Below are positions 23,965 to 32,228 of a stretch of 35,231 bases of DNA, in pieces. The number at the start of each line of letters is the position of its first letter. Position 1 is the first letter of the stretch. The DNA is from a virus. Both the position numbers and the translations under genes were made by a program. The stretch lies in the IMG/VR virus record IMGVR_UViG_3300020047_008563, one strand, 5' to 3'. The notes beneath the pieces were generated by a model. The model had not been told where the DNA came from, made no database searches, and saw only the letters and a program-made list of their open reading frames with translations.

Positions 23965-25842
23965 TTACATGGGCGGTAATACTGGGGCTCCGGCAATTTC
24001 ACCGGGACCTGGAGGGATTGGGGCCATTCCTTGAGGTGCTGGGGCTCCGGGTGGCAATGCACCGGGAGGCGGAAGTTGATCTTCCATAGCGCGATCTTTT
24101 ACAGCTTTGCAGCTTGTCATGAATTGACGGATTAGATCCATGCGCTCTTCTTCAACACCTTGGTTTATGTACAAATTGTAGTATTGAAGTGCAAGTTTTC
24201 CCGCCAAAGTGAGGTCCATAAATTCATCGGGAGGCGTGTACTCACCCTCATCAATGATCTTATCGAGGTAAGAAAGAATGCGCTCTTCCATGGCACCATC
24301 CAAAGTCTCCACCATTTGAAGGTCGGGAAGTGTGAGGAGTTTTTTACCTGTTTGCTCATCAATGAGGCCGGCTTGCATGTACTCTTGAACAGTCTGAAGG
24401 CGCGCAGCAGGGTCATCACTGAAAGCGGACACTGGAAAGCATTGCATGACAAATTGATCATCTTCAAGTTCGACATCTTTCCAGTCAATGGTTTCGATAA
24501 AACGTGATCCTGGAACCTTCACATTAAGCTCGCCATATTCAGCATACAAAGACTTTGCGCGCTGAATCGTGTTGTACGCAATATCAAGACTGAATTGCTC
24601 ATAAGCTTGCCCCATGGTCATGAAGCGTTCTGATTCAATGTCATTGTATTCGCGTAACGCTTTGCCGCTATCAAGGCCCGAAGGTTTCTTGCTCTGAGCT
24701 GATAGCATTGAAATTCCCTCTTGCTCATACCCGCTATTTTTAAGGGTTTGCAAGTGTTGATAGATTTCAGGCTGTACCAAAGGAGGCGTAACGTATTGAG
24801 GAGGTGTGTTGACATACCAACCAATAGGCAAGAAGTCATTTGTGATGTGATCGGTGTTGATCTTAGAACCTTGCTGAAGCCAAAGTTTGGCGGTTCCACC
24901 CAAATGCATGGTTCGTTGAATAACCCACAAAAGTTTGTTGATTTCGAGCTGAATACCCGACAAGCGTTCGGCGCAACCCTGACCCCAAAAGCCAAGCATA
25001 CGTTTGTTGTTGTGAAAAAAGGCGAAAGGAAATGTTCGTCTAAGCCATTCTTCGTCAATCAAGGTGCCGTTATTGGCTTCAATGGCAATGACATGCTTGC
25101 CGTCACCTGCATCTGGAGCGCTTGGCAAATGCCAGGCTTCAGCCACGGTGATGAGATCGGCCGTGTTTCTGTTCTCTGCCTTCATTAAGTCGGTGTTATT
25201 GGCGCGCTTGATGGCTGCCCCTGATTTTGGGAAAAAGCCTTCAAGGACGTTTCGGTCAACTGTCTTGATACGATACAAGTTCCTAGGGTTACCACCGGCC
25301 GCTTCAGCTTCGTCAACCAAAAGCTCTTGGATATAAACGCGCTCATGTCCAACACTGCCATGGTTGTCAAAGTCATGGATGGCGGTCGATCCCAACACGC
25401 CCGCATCTCGGAAACCTTCAGCCATGAGGCGATAGGTTTGGTTTTGGAAATAGATACCTTCATTGAATTGTGTCAAACGCTTGGCTTTGCGCTGCATCTT
25501 GGCGTCACCGCCTGAGGTCAAAAACAAAGGCTTGGGTTTGTTCTTGGCCATTTTTGAGGTCAGTGTATCAACCACACTTTGAACCAAGTTGAATGTGATT
25601 CGATTGCTTGTGACTCCACTTGGTGAGTAAGCCGACATTCCCAAAGCTCCCATCAAAGGCGCGTTGGCGTAGAGTCGCATAAACTTCCCGCGCATGGCGT
25701 TGAGATTGCTTTGTGCTCTGGCTAGGGTTTGAATGTTTTGAAAGATAGCGCCGCTGATATTTGTTTTTGATTTTTCATTCCACCACTGAGCGCCGCCAGG
25801 GTTGGATTTGGGGCCTTGTTCACTGAAATTACGATAGTCCAT
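23965..25842 (-). CDS. Portal protein (625 aa) with Pro/Gly-rich C-terminal tail
   Basis: Size and position between TerL and scaffold; C-terminal QLPPPGALPPGAPAPQGMAPIPPGPG. Confidence 0.7.
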   Translation of the reverse strand: MDYRNFSEQGPKSNPGGAQWWNEKSKTNISGAIFQNIQTLARAQSNLNAMRGKFMRLYANAPLMGALGMSAYSPSGVTSNRITFNLVQSVVDTLTSKMAKNKPKPLFLTSGGDAKMQRKAKRLTQFNEGIYFQNQTYRLMAEGFRDAGVLGSTAIHDFDNHGSVGHERVYIQELLVDEAEAAGGNPRNLYRIKTVDRNVLEGFFPKSGAAIKRANNTDLMKAENRNTADLITVAEAWHLPSAPDAGDGKHVIAIEANNGTLIDEEWLRRTFPFAFFHNNKRMLGFWGQGCAERLSGIQLEINKLLWVIQRTMHLGGTAKLWLQQGSKINTDHITNDFLPIGWYVNTPPQYVTPPLVQPEIYQHLQTLKNSGYEQEGISMLSAQSKKPSGLDSGKALREYNDIESERFMTMGQAYEQFSLDIAYNTIQRAKSLYAEYGELNVKVPGSRFIETIDWKDVELEDDQFVMQCFPVSAFSDDPAARLQTVQEYMQAGLIDEQTGKKLLTLPDLQMVETLDGAMEERILSYLDKIIDEGEYTPPDEFMDLTLAGKLALQYYNLYINQGVEEERMDLIRQFMTSCKAVKDRAMEDQLPPPGALPPGAPAPQGMAPIPPGPGEIAGAPVLPPM

Positions 25843-26098
25843 CTGCTCTTATGCCCTCCGGCTCTTTGGGTTTTTCAAAACTGAGTTGCTCTTGTGTGGA
25901 CCAAAGCAGCATGTCGTCGTCGTTGGGCATACCACCGAGGAGATCCTGTACTTTGGGGTCTTTGAAATCTTCAAGTGTGGGTGGTTGTGGTGGTGCAAAA
26001 ACGAAAGATGCACCGCCATAGGAAAGCGAAGCAATGTTGTTTTTCTTGGCAAACTCCACAAGTTCTTCCAAAGTTTTAATAGTGGTTACAAGTTCCAT
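25829..26098 (-). CDS. Small hypothetical protein (89 aa) between TerL and portal
   Basis: ATG at 26098 preferred over the adjacent GTG; no clear SD. Confidence 0.45.
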   Translation of the reverse strand: MELVTTIKTLEELVEFAKKNNIASLSYGGASFVFAPPQPPTLEDFKDPKVQDLLGGMPNDDDMLLWSTQEQLSFEKPKEPEGIRADGLS

Positions 26099-26111
26099 CA
26101 CAAAAAAGGTA

Positions 26112-27548
26112 TCACGAGTCCGGCAATATTCTATAAAAATTCTCGTTCATGTGTTGATTTTCGAGCTCCGCTTCGAGTTTTTCCTTTATTTTTTGCTCTT
26201 CTCGATCAAAAAAAGCCTGAGTTCCCGGTTTTGGCAGAATTATTTCGGGTTCATGAAGCCAATGTAAGGATTCTCGATAACCGTAGAGCACGGTGTCAAT
26301 GATGTCGGAGTGAAAGTTTTCAGAGACCACAAACTTGCCGTCTTTGTCGCGCGAGTCTTTATCCCATTCAAGCAGTTTTGAATCTTGCGCAAAGCGTGAA
26401 TTCTTTTTGGCTTTAAATCTTCGTGTCCTTAAAGCGTCGTTGAGTAATTCGTAATATTCGAGCTTGCGTGTTTTTTCCGCGGCCGCAACAGGTATTCCAA
26501 AACGTTGGGTGATTTCCTCAGCAATCTTTTTACCCAAACCACCGGTATCCATCACAACCTTGTGGGGTCTGTATTTCACATAGACCTCTTGAAGCTGGCC
26601 AATAAGCGGCGTGATGCCCTGCTTGGGTGTAATGATCTCCTCAACCAAGTAAACCTCAGGCACGCGTGGGTGAAAGGCTAAGACACCTATGGCATCGCTG
26701 TCGTGGTAACCCAAATCAACACCCACCACATACTCCCATTTACCCAAGCGATGCTCAAGCATAGGCAGGCCGTCATAATCGTTGAGGGCCTCATCATATT
26801 TGATCACCAAGGCATCTGGATCACTAACCCATCGGCCGAAATACTCACGTTGAATACTTGGGTGGTTGATGTCCACACCTCGGCGAGCAAGCTCAAGGTT
26901 GATACGTGTCCAAGGGTCTTTAATGTGAGGGTTGTCAAACAGAGAGAAGTTGTGATGGCTCCACGCTGCGTTTTGGGTGATCTTGTAGAAATATCCCGCG
27001 GGAACCGCTCCGGGTGTTCCCGTCATGCGCATCTTGCCGTTTAAATCCATCAAGGCAGGGGCAAGAACGTCATCAATGAGCTGCTCGATGTAAGCTCTCA
27101 TGCTTTGAGGTTCGTCGATACTGACAAGCCTGAGCTTCATACCTCGGAAGTTTTCAATCGCGCGGCTGTCGTTGACGCCGGCTAGGTAGATCATGCTTTT
27201 ATTGGGAAAGGTGAGAGTAAGCTCAGAGATATTGGGCGTGACCCTGATCTTGTACTTCTCCAAGATTTCCAGGGCGATTGGCCACATGAGTTTCTTGGCA
27301 TTGAGACGCGTCAAAGTGATGTAAAGGCTGTCATCTCCAGGATACCGAAGGGCTGTATCAATATGGTTCGCCGCAACGCCTGTTGTTTTTCCCGAGCGCC
27401 GCGTGGTTACGGCGTCGGCGTAAAGGCTTTGATCGGCTAGGAAATTGTACTGCTTGGGATAGCAATACTCTTTAACGTTGAATAGGTTGCCAAGCCGCCC
27501 GCTGAGCTCTGCATTGATGACATCGAGATCCTCGGGCGTCCATGACAT
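26112..27548 (-). CDS. terL: Terminase large subunit
   Basis: Walker A-like TTRRSGKTT, Walker B-like LRLVSIDEPQ, C-terminal nuclease-like VVGVDLGYHDSDAIGV; 478 aa; upstream of the portal gene. Confidence 0.9.
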   Translation of the reverse strand: MSWTPEDLDVINAELSGRLGNLFNVKEYCYPKQYNFLADQSLYADAVTTRRSGKTTGVAANHIDTALRYPGDDSLYITLTRLNAKKLMWPIALEILEKYKIRVTPNISELTLTFPNKSMIYLAGVNDSRAIENFRGMKLRLVSIDEPQSMRAYIEQLIDDVLAPALMDLNGKMRMTGTPGAVPAGYFYKITQNAAWSHHNFSLFDNPHIKDPWTRINLELARRGVDINHPSIQREYFGRWVSDPDALVIKYDEALNDYDGLPMLEHRLGKWEYVVGVDLGYHDSDAIGVLAFHPRVPEVYLVEEIITPKQGITPLIGQLQEVYVKYRPHKVVMDTGGLGKKIAEEITQRFGIPVAAAEKTRKLEYYELLNDALRTRRFKAKKNSRFAQDSKLLEWDKDSRDKDGKFVVSENFHSDIIDTVLYGYRESLHWLHEPEIILPKPGTQAFFDREEQKIKEKLEAELENQHMNENFYRILPDS

Positions 27549-27853
27549 TATTCGTATTCGAGGAACGCAATCATGCTGTTCATGACTTGGAACTTGCGCC
27601 CATTGATTTCAACATAAACCCCATTAGGATTTTCTTCGATCAAGTCACAACGTTGACCGTGTGAGATGAATGGATCGCCTCCGGGAGATTTTTTTGCGTA
27701 GGTTTCTTGCATATTTCCACACAAAGCTCGTTGCTCGGTGAGGCGGAAATACTTAATGGATCGAGGCTTTATTGCGCCCTGTTCCAAACCACCGACCACT
27801 CCGGTCTCTTCGCCCTGGGATTCACTGGACTGTTGTTTCTGTGCTCTTGCCAT
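27548..27853 (-). CDS. Hypothetical protein (101 aa) immediately upstream of TerL (alternative small-terminase candidate)
   Basis: TAATG coupling to terL; AAGGAGAAAG SD; no recognised motif. Confidence 0.5.
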   Translation of the reverse strand: MARAQKQQSSESQGEETGVVGGLEQGAIKPRSIKYFRLTEQRALCGNMQETYAKKSPGGDPFISHGQRCDLIEENPNGVYVEINGRKFQVMNSMIAFLEYE

Positions 27854-28040
27854 TTTCTTTCTCCTTCTCTTTTTGCATTAGTTCGCCGACCATCCTAGCC
27901 TCTTTATCAAGTTCTAGGATCTTGGTTTCCACAAACGCGATGTCTTTGTCGATCATGAGGCGTTTGAAGTGAAGCTCACCTAACGTGGTGAGTTGGGTCA
28001 CATACATTTGTTTAAGTTCACTCATTCTTTGCTGGCTCAT
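27822..28040 (-). CDS. Small coiled-coil protein (72 aa)
   Basis: ATG preceded by GGAAAGGAACA; heptad-like charged sequence. Confidence 0.5.
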   Translation of the reverse strand: MSQQRMSELKQMYVTQLTTLGELHFKRLMIDKDIAFVETKILELDKEARMVGELMQKEKEKENGKSTETTVQ

Positions 28041-28476
28041 TGTTCCTTTCCAAAGCGTATGGGTTAAACCTCACGCGCGTTTTATGGTTACCCCAAAGAT
28101 CAAGCAAAGACTTGGTTAAGTGGCTACACATCCACCCTTCACAGTCTTTGGGTATTCCTTGGTGTTCCAAGAGCATGGCGGCAAAGCCCCGCTCCCGAAA
28201 TGGTTTTTTAACGTAAATGTAATGAACAGTTTTTATTTTAGGCTCTGAGGCCAGAAATCCAAAGATAAGTCCTGGATCTTCAAGGTCACACGCGATCGAA
28301 ACCAAGACGTTGGGATCTGAAAGTGCCAAATCAAGAGCTCGTTGATGATTAGGGAAAAACACATCTGCATGGATGTAATTGGTTTGGGGGCTGTCATGCT
28401 TGTAGGATCTGAGCCAAACGGCGTAGACAAAGGAAATGTCGTCTTTATTTGCCGCTCTGATCTGGATTGGGTTCAT
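28018..28476 (-). CDS. GNAT-family N-acetyltransferase (152 aa)
   Basis: IRAANKDDISFVYAVWLRSY N-terminal pattern and VHYIYVKKPFRERGFAAMLLEH (beta4-motif A, R-x-x-G-x-A acetyl-CoA loop). Confidence 0.75.
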   Translation of the reverse strand: MNPIQIRAANKDDISFVYAVWLRSYKHDSPQTNYIHADVFFPNHQRALDLALSDPNVLVSIACDLEDPGLIFGFLASEPKIKTVHYIYVKKPFRERGFAAMLLEHQGIPKDCEGWMCSHLTKSLLDLWGNHKTRVRFNPYALERNNEPAKNE

Positions 28477-29224
28477 CTTTCGTGGCTTCTCCTACACTTT
28501 TAACTTCTTTGCTTTCGGCTTGAGCAATCAAAGACTTTGCCGTTTGCATTAACTCTTCTGTGGTCATTGAGGCGGCACGTTTGCGCTTAGCTTCGGCGTC
28601 GTCTTCTTTGCCCTCTTTAATATCCATAAGGGTTTTGGTTAATTTTGCCAATGAATTCACATCTTCTGAACTCAAGCCCTCAATTTTCTGTTTGGCTTCA
28701 AGGCGTTTAAACTCAGCGTACATGAGGCCGCCCATAGACATCAAGAGTTCTTGGTGGCTGGGTATAGGTTGACCCTGAATGTTGATCGCATTGGTGAACG
28801 TAGATTGTTCTCTTTTGAAAAGTCCCGCAATTTTAGCTTTATCCATTAAGGCCTGCCTAGCATTGCTTCGGTCAACGTCTTCAATTGCATCTCCGGCATC
28901 ACTAAAAGACACGACACGAGGCTCAAGGCTTATTTTGTAAATATTATCGAGTTTCTTGGCAATGTCTGAGGCAATGGTCACCTTTTCGCGTTCAAATTGG
29001 TCGGCAACAATCTTCCTTGCTGTATCGTAGTAAACTTCAACCTGTCTAGTTGAAATACCCCATAGTTCCGAGCCATTACGAATTACATCGGGTCGAATAA
29101 GTCCTTCGTCAATCCACTTTAAACATCGACTGATACGTTCTTTGAATTCTTTTGGAGTGGCTTTTGGTGTATGGGTACGGCCTAGAGAATCTTTTTTCTT
29201 ACCCTTAATTTTTGATTTTGCCAC
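28445..29224 (-). CDS. Small terminase subunit candidate / HTH DNA-binding protein (259 aa)
   Basis: GTG start after AAGGT; basic N-terminus; HTH-like GSELWGISTRQVEVYYDTARKIV; NARQALMDKAKIAGLF resembles TerS oligomerisation-region motifs; acidic/basic C-tail. Confidence 0.45.
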   Translation of the reverse strand: MAKSKIKGKKKDSLGRTHTPKATPKEFKERISRCLKWIDEGLIRPDVIRNGSELWGISTRQVEVYYDTARKIVADQFEREKVTIASDIAKKLDNIYKISLEPRVVSFSDAGDAIEDVDRSNARQALMDKAKIAGLFKREQSTFTNAINIQGQPIPSHQELLMSMGGLMYAEFKRLEAKQKIEGLSSEDVNSLAKLTKTLMDIKEGKEDDAEAKRKRAASMTTEELMQTAKSLIAQAESKEVKSVGEATKDEPNPDQSGK

Positions 29225-29233
29225 ATGGCTACC

Positions 29234-29419
29234 TTAGCGCAATCCGCGTCGTTTCTTTTGTTTTTGATCTTGTTCGATCAAGAATATGATGAACAGGCCG
29301 CCCAATAAAAAAATCAGGATATAGGATGGAATGAATACAGCCCACCAAGAGACTGAAACGCCACACACCTTTGTGATGATGAGGCCTGCTTGAAGCAAAC
29401 CAAAGAAACCCAATCTCAT
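29234..29419 (-). CDS. Two-TM small membrane protein (61 aa) with basic C-tail
   Basis: LGFFGLLQAGLIITKVCGV and WWAVFIPSYILIFLLGGLFIIFLI, then QKQKKRRGLR; ATGA coupling to the RHH gene. Confidence 0.6.
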   Translation of the reverse strand: MRLGFFGLLQAGLIITKVCGVSVSWWAVFIPSYILIFLLGGLFIIFLIEQDQKQKKRRGLR

Positions 29420-29601
29420 GACTTAACCTTCTTCAGAGCTTTCCCATTTTTATTTTCTTGCCGTTTTTTCTCCAAAAAATCATCTAAAGCTTCTCTCATA
29501 TACACTGACTGGGGGACAGAGGTTAGTTTAGAGAGTTGCTGTAGTTCGTCTTTTACATCTTGAGAAAAATAAAATGTTATGCTCTGAAGATTCTTTGCCA
29601 T
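29416..29601 (-). CDS. Ribbon-helix-helix (CopG/Arc-like) DNA-binding protein (61 aa)
   Basis: SITFYFSQDV (beta strand), KDELQQLSKLTS (helix A), VPQSVYMREALDDFLEKK (helix B); ATG 6 nt after a -10-like hexamer, no SD. Confidence 0.7.
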   Translation of the reverse strand: MAKNLQSITFYFSQDVKDELQQLSKLTSVPQSVYMREALDDFLEKKRQENKNGKALKKVKS

Positions 29602-29607
29602 GATTTA

Positions 29608-29636
29608 TACATACAACACATTACAATATATGTCAT
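29608..29636 (-). promoter_or_regulatory. Sigma70-like promoter candidate PB (ATGACA-17-TATGTA) containing a TGTA-pentamer array
   Basis: Minus strand: ATGACA tatattgtaatgtgttg TATGTA taaatc ATG(RHH); the -35 overlaps the RusA stop codon. Confidence 0.5.
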
Positions 29637-29995
29637 AGTTTTTTGAATTCTAAAGTGAGCTCAAGTCTAACTTCTGATTTCTTGCATTTGGTTTGAGTTG
29701 GGAAGTGCTTAGGCCATGCGTGTTTGGGGCTGTCATCTTTCATGATACCACCTTTCACAAGGGCATCTATTGGCCACTTGCAAAGTGAAACCAAATTATC
29801 GGCATCATAAAGTTTTGAAATAAAGAAATCGGCTTGCCAATAAGTAAACTCTTGAGGTTCTTTTGGCAATTCGTCTTTAAACCACATCAAAAGCTTAAAC
29901 ACCTTTGCTTCATAAAACTTTCGCTCTTGATGAGCCCTTACCCAATGAAGGCGGGCATTAGCTCTGTTGGGTGGAACTGGAAGAACCAATTTCAT
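29633..29995 (-). CDS. rusA: RusA-family Holliday junction resolvase
   Basis: YDADNLVSLCKWPIDALVKGGIMKDDS matches the RusA D-x-D-N...K...D-A-L...D-D pattern; 120 aa. Confidence 0.8.
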   Translation of the reverse strand: MKLVLPVPPNRANARLHWVRAHQERKFYEAKVFKLLMWFKDELPKEPQEFTYWQADFFISKLYDADNLVSLCKWPIDALVKGGIMKDDSPKHAWPKHFPTQTKCKKSEVRLELTLEFKKL

Positions 29996-30216
29996 GCATC
30001 AAATTTCTCAGTATTGACCGGTGTGTTTTCAGCCTTACAAATCCCATTAGAATAAGCCTCTTGCTGTTGTTTAATGATTTGTAGGATCTTATCTCGAAGC
30101 GCCTTTTCTAATTCCTTAGTTCTTAAAAAGCGCCGATAATTTTCAAGGGTATTGAGTAATACCACAAAGCTTATTCCCAAACAAAAACCACAAATAACAG
30201 AATACTCTGCCTCCAT
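29992..30216 (-). CDS. Small N-terminal-TM protein (74 aa)
   Basis: TM YSVICGFCLGISFVVLLNTL; ATGA coupling downstream, TAATG coupling upstream. Confidence 0.55.
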   Translation of the reverse strand: MEAEYSVICGFCLGISFVVLLNTLENYRRFLRTKELEKALRDKILQIIKQQQEAYSNGICKAENTPVNTEKFDA

Positions 30217-30308
30217 TACTTTTTACCTACCCGTTTTTTAGCCAATTTCTTACGAAGAGCCTGCTGTTTAAGATGACGTTTTTTGTTTGTTTCTGTTTGT
30301 TTTTTCAT
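30216..30308 (-). CDS. Tiny highly basic peptide (30 aa), below the track cut-off
   Basis: Manual translation MKKQTETNKKRHLKQQALRKKLAKKRVGKK; ATGA overlap upstream and TAATG overlap downstream. Confidence 0.35.
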   Translation of the reverse strand: MKKQTETNKKRHLKQQALRKKLAKKRVGKK

Positions 30309-30469
30309 TTATCACTCGCTTTCACAATTTCAACAGGTCCGATCTCAACGTGAGCTATTCGGCTTTCCCTAACAACTGAATTTCTTGTATGCGTATTCCA
30401 AAGGCTTCCGATCATGAGGCCCAAAGCTGTTGCAGTTAAGAGGCCCAAAACGGCATATTTTAATGTCAT
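30305..30469 (-). CDS. Tiny TM protein (54 aa), below the track cut-off
   Basis: Manual translation MTLKYAVLGLLTATALGLMIGSLWNTHTRNSVVRESRIAHVEIGPVEIVKASDK; ATGA overlaps at both ends. Confidence 0.5.
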   Translation of the reverse strand: MTLKYAVLGLLTATALGLMIGSLWNTHTRNSVVRESRIAHVEIGPVEIVKASDK

Positions 30470-30681
30470 TGTTTATCCTCACACGTCAAAGGCTTACCAT
30501 CCTTATCAACAAGCACGATGCGGGATGTAGAATAACCGTGAGAAATGCCATACAACACACCGTGAATGCATTCTTCTTTTGTTTGGTTAATAAATGCCCA
30601 CACCAAAAGCAATAAAAACACTCCTAACCCTCCAAAAAATAATATAGAAAACCAATCTGCCTCACCTTTAATTTTTTTCAT
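30466..30681 (-). CDS. Small TM protein (71 aa)
   Basis: TM WFSILFFGGLGVFLLLLVWAFI; ATGA coupling both sides. Confidence 0.55.
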   Translation of the reverse strand: MKKIKGEADWFSILFFGGLGVFLLLLVWAFINQTKEECIHGVLYGISHGYSTSRIVLVDKDGKPLTCEDKQ

Positions 30682-30920
30682 TTGTTTAATTCCTCAATCA
30701 AAGCGTCGGATAAAATTACAGCCTCTTTTGCAAGTTCAATTATAAGTGTTTCAGGTTTAATGTTGGATAGTAACCCTTGCATCGCCATCGCCGCAAAATA
30801 CTCGCGCTTAGTTAAACCACCATCCACCGACTGAACAGTTTGGCGTTGACCATGCTTATCGTAATGGTAAGACGTTTCTACATTATAAGTCACAAGGTCA
30901 TTTGGTTTTGTTTTCATCAT
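30678..30920 (-). CDS. Conserved-looking small phage protein (80 aa; GLTKREYFAAMAMQGLL motif)
   Basis: GAGGTGAA SD; from memory, the motif recurs in many phage hypothetical proteins. Confidence 0.55.
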   Translation of the reverse strand: MMKTKPNDLVTYNVETSYHYDKHGQRQTVQSVDGGLTKREYFAAMAMQGLLSNIKPETLIIELAKEAVILSDALIEELNK

Positions 30921-30926
30921 TTCACC

Positions 30927-31373
30927 TCAACACCAATCATAAAAAAAACGCCATCTCTCTAAATTTGGCATGTTTAAAATCGTATTTACTTGCTCAGCCG
31001 TATCCTCTAAGAATAATTTAATCTTTTCATCAAACTCATAATCTGTATCCTCTATATTAAAAAATTTGTCATACTTAGATTTGTCTGAAATGGCGGCGGC
31101 GCATTCATCTCTAAGTTTTACTAAAACACTTGGATCTACACAATTCCTCTCATCGGAAAAACTGGGAAATGGATTTTTAATAACATGTCTTAAAATCCAA
31201 TCGTGAATGACATAAGCCTTGCGCCAATACATCATTTCCAATTTTATTTCATAAACCTCACTACGCAAAGGCATCCCATTTTTAATCATAACGTCATGAA
31301 GGCTTGCCATCAAAACATCATCTTCAATTGAATCAAACTCACGCTTTCCAAATAGCATCATATCCAGGCCCAT
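30927..31373 (-). CDS. Hypothetical protein (148 aa; MGLDMMLFGK... YWRKAYVIHDW)
   Basis: AAGGAG SD; from memory, resembles a widespread phage family of unknown function. Confidence 0.55.
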   Translation of the reverse strand: MGLDMMLFGKREFDSIEDDVLMASLHDVMIKNGMPLRSEVYEIKLEMMYWRKAYVIHDWILRHVIKNPFPSFSDERNCVDPSVLVKLRDECAAAISDKSKYDKFFNIEDTDYEFDEKIKLFLEDTAEQVNTILNMPNLERWRFFYDWC

Positions 31374-31404
31374 TAAAATAACTCCTTTTGCTCAGTTGGT
31401 GCCT

Positions 31405-32226
31405 CTACAGGTGGAAAAATTCACTCTGCACATCATTCCATAATTGTTCCAATTCAGCGGCGTTTAAATCCTTAAGCATTCGCCCTGTTTTCTCTTTCAC
31501 ATAAGCTGCGGCAGAATCTTTGTTGTTAGCAAATGGGCCGTATTTCCCAAGCATTAAATCAGCGCAACGTGTTCGCCAATCTAAGATTTCTTTATCGGTT
31601 AAGGCTGGGGGAATGTTTGCCGGTGGCGTAGGTGGTAGACTTGGCGCTGGCGCAGCTTTTGGCGTCGTCGGTAATGGCTCAGGCGTAGGCAATGGCGTCA
31701 ATGGAACAACCTCACCGTCATACTTGATGTCATCCTCATCAGGGATTGGCAACCCAATAAGCGACTTGATGGCGCGGCGCTGGGCCTTTGTCACGCACTT
31801 CATCTTCGCATTGGCATAATCCTCACCGCCAAGATTCTTTAAGGTAACAGCGGCAAAGTTATCAGAAAAACGACCATCTGGCATTGAGGCACGCACGGCC
31901 ACTTCATAAAGCTGCAAATCTTTATCAATGGACTGAGACCGGATTTCGCAAGAGATTTTCTTCTGTTCACCAATCATGTGAAACGCGGCGGCCGGCGCAA
32001 AGAACTTAAGACCGTTTCTTGTTTGGATGAATAAAAACGGGTTCATCACCAAAGGAATTCCCAAACTATCGCACAAGCTTTTAACGAATACGATCTTGTC
32101 GGGAACACTTACAGCTTGCCAATTACCATCAAGGGTGGCTTGCACGGCCGCTTGTGGAAGTGTTTGATTTTTACTTGGGTCATCGTAGACTACGGTTTGA
32201 GTTGTTTTTTTAATTTCTTTGGTCAT
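31405..32226 (-). CDS. Single-strand annealing protein candidate (RecT/Erf/Rad52-like) with Pro-rich linker
   Basis: SLCDSLGIPLVMNPFLFIQ...GLKFFAPAAAF and NAKMKCVTKAQRRAIKSLIGL resemble annealase motifs; neighbourhood with RusA. Confidence 0.5.
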   Translation of the reverse strand: MTKEIKKTTQTVVYDDPSKNQTLPQAAVQATLDGNWQAVSVPDKIVFVKSLCDSLGIPLVMNPFLFIQTRNGLKFFAPAAAFHMIGEQKKISCEIRSQSIDKDLQLYEVAVRASMPDGRFSDNFAAVTLKNLGGEDYANAKMKCVTKAQRRAIKSLIGLPIPDEDDIKYDGEVVPLTPLPTPEPLPTTPKAAPAPSLPPTPPANIPPALTDKEILDWRTRCADLMLGKYGPFANNKDSAAAYVKEKTGRMLKDLNAAELEQLWNDVQSEFFHL

Positions 32227-32228
32227 AA

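Noticed and set aside
23965-25842. Multiple antisense or alternative-frame ORFs within the portal gene (24160-24507, 24165-24488, 24618-25058, 24721-25188, 25064-25336, 25185-25463, 25327-25515)
   Set aside because: They are shadow ORFs inside a 625-aa gene, with no start signals and implausible compositions.
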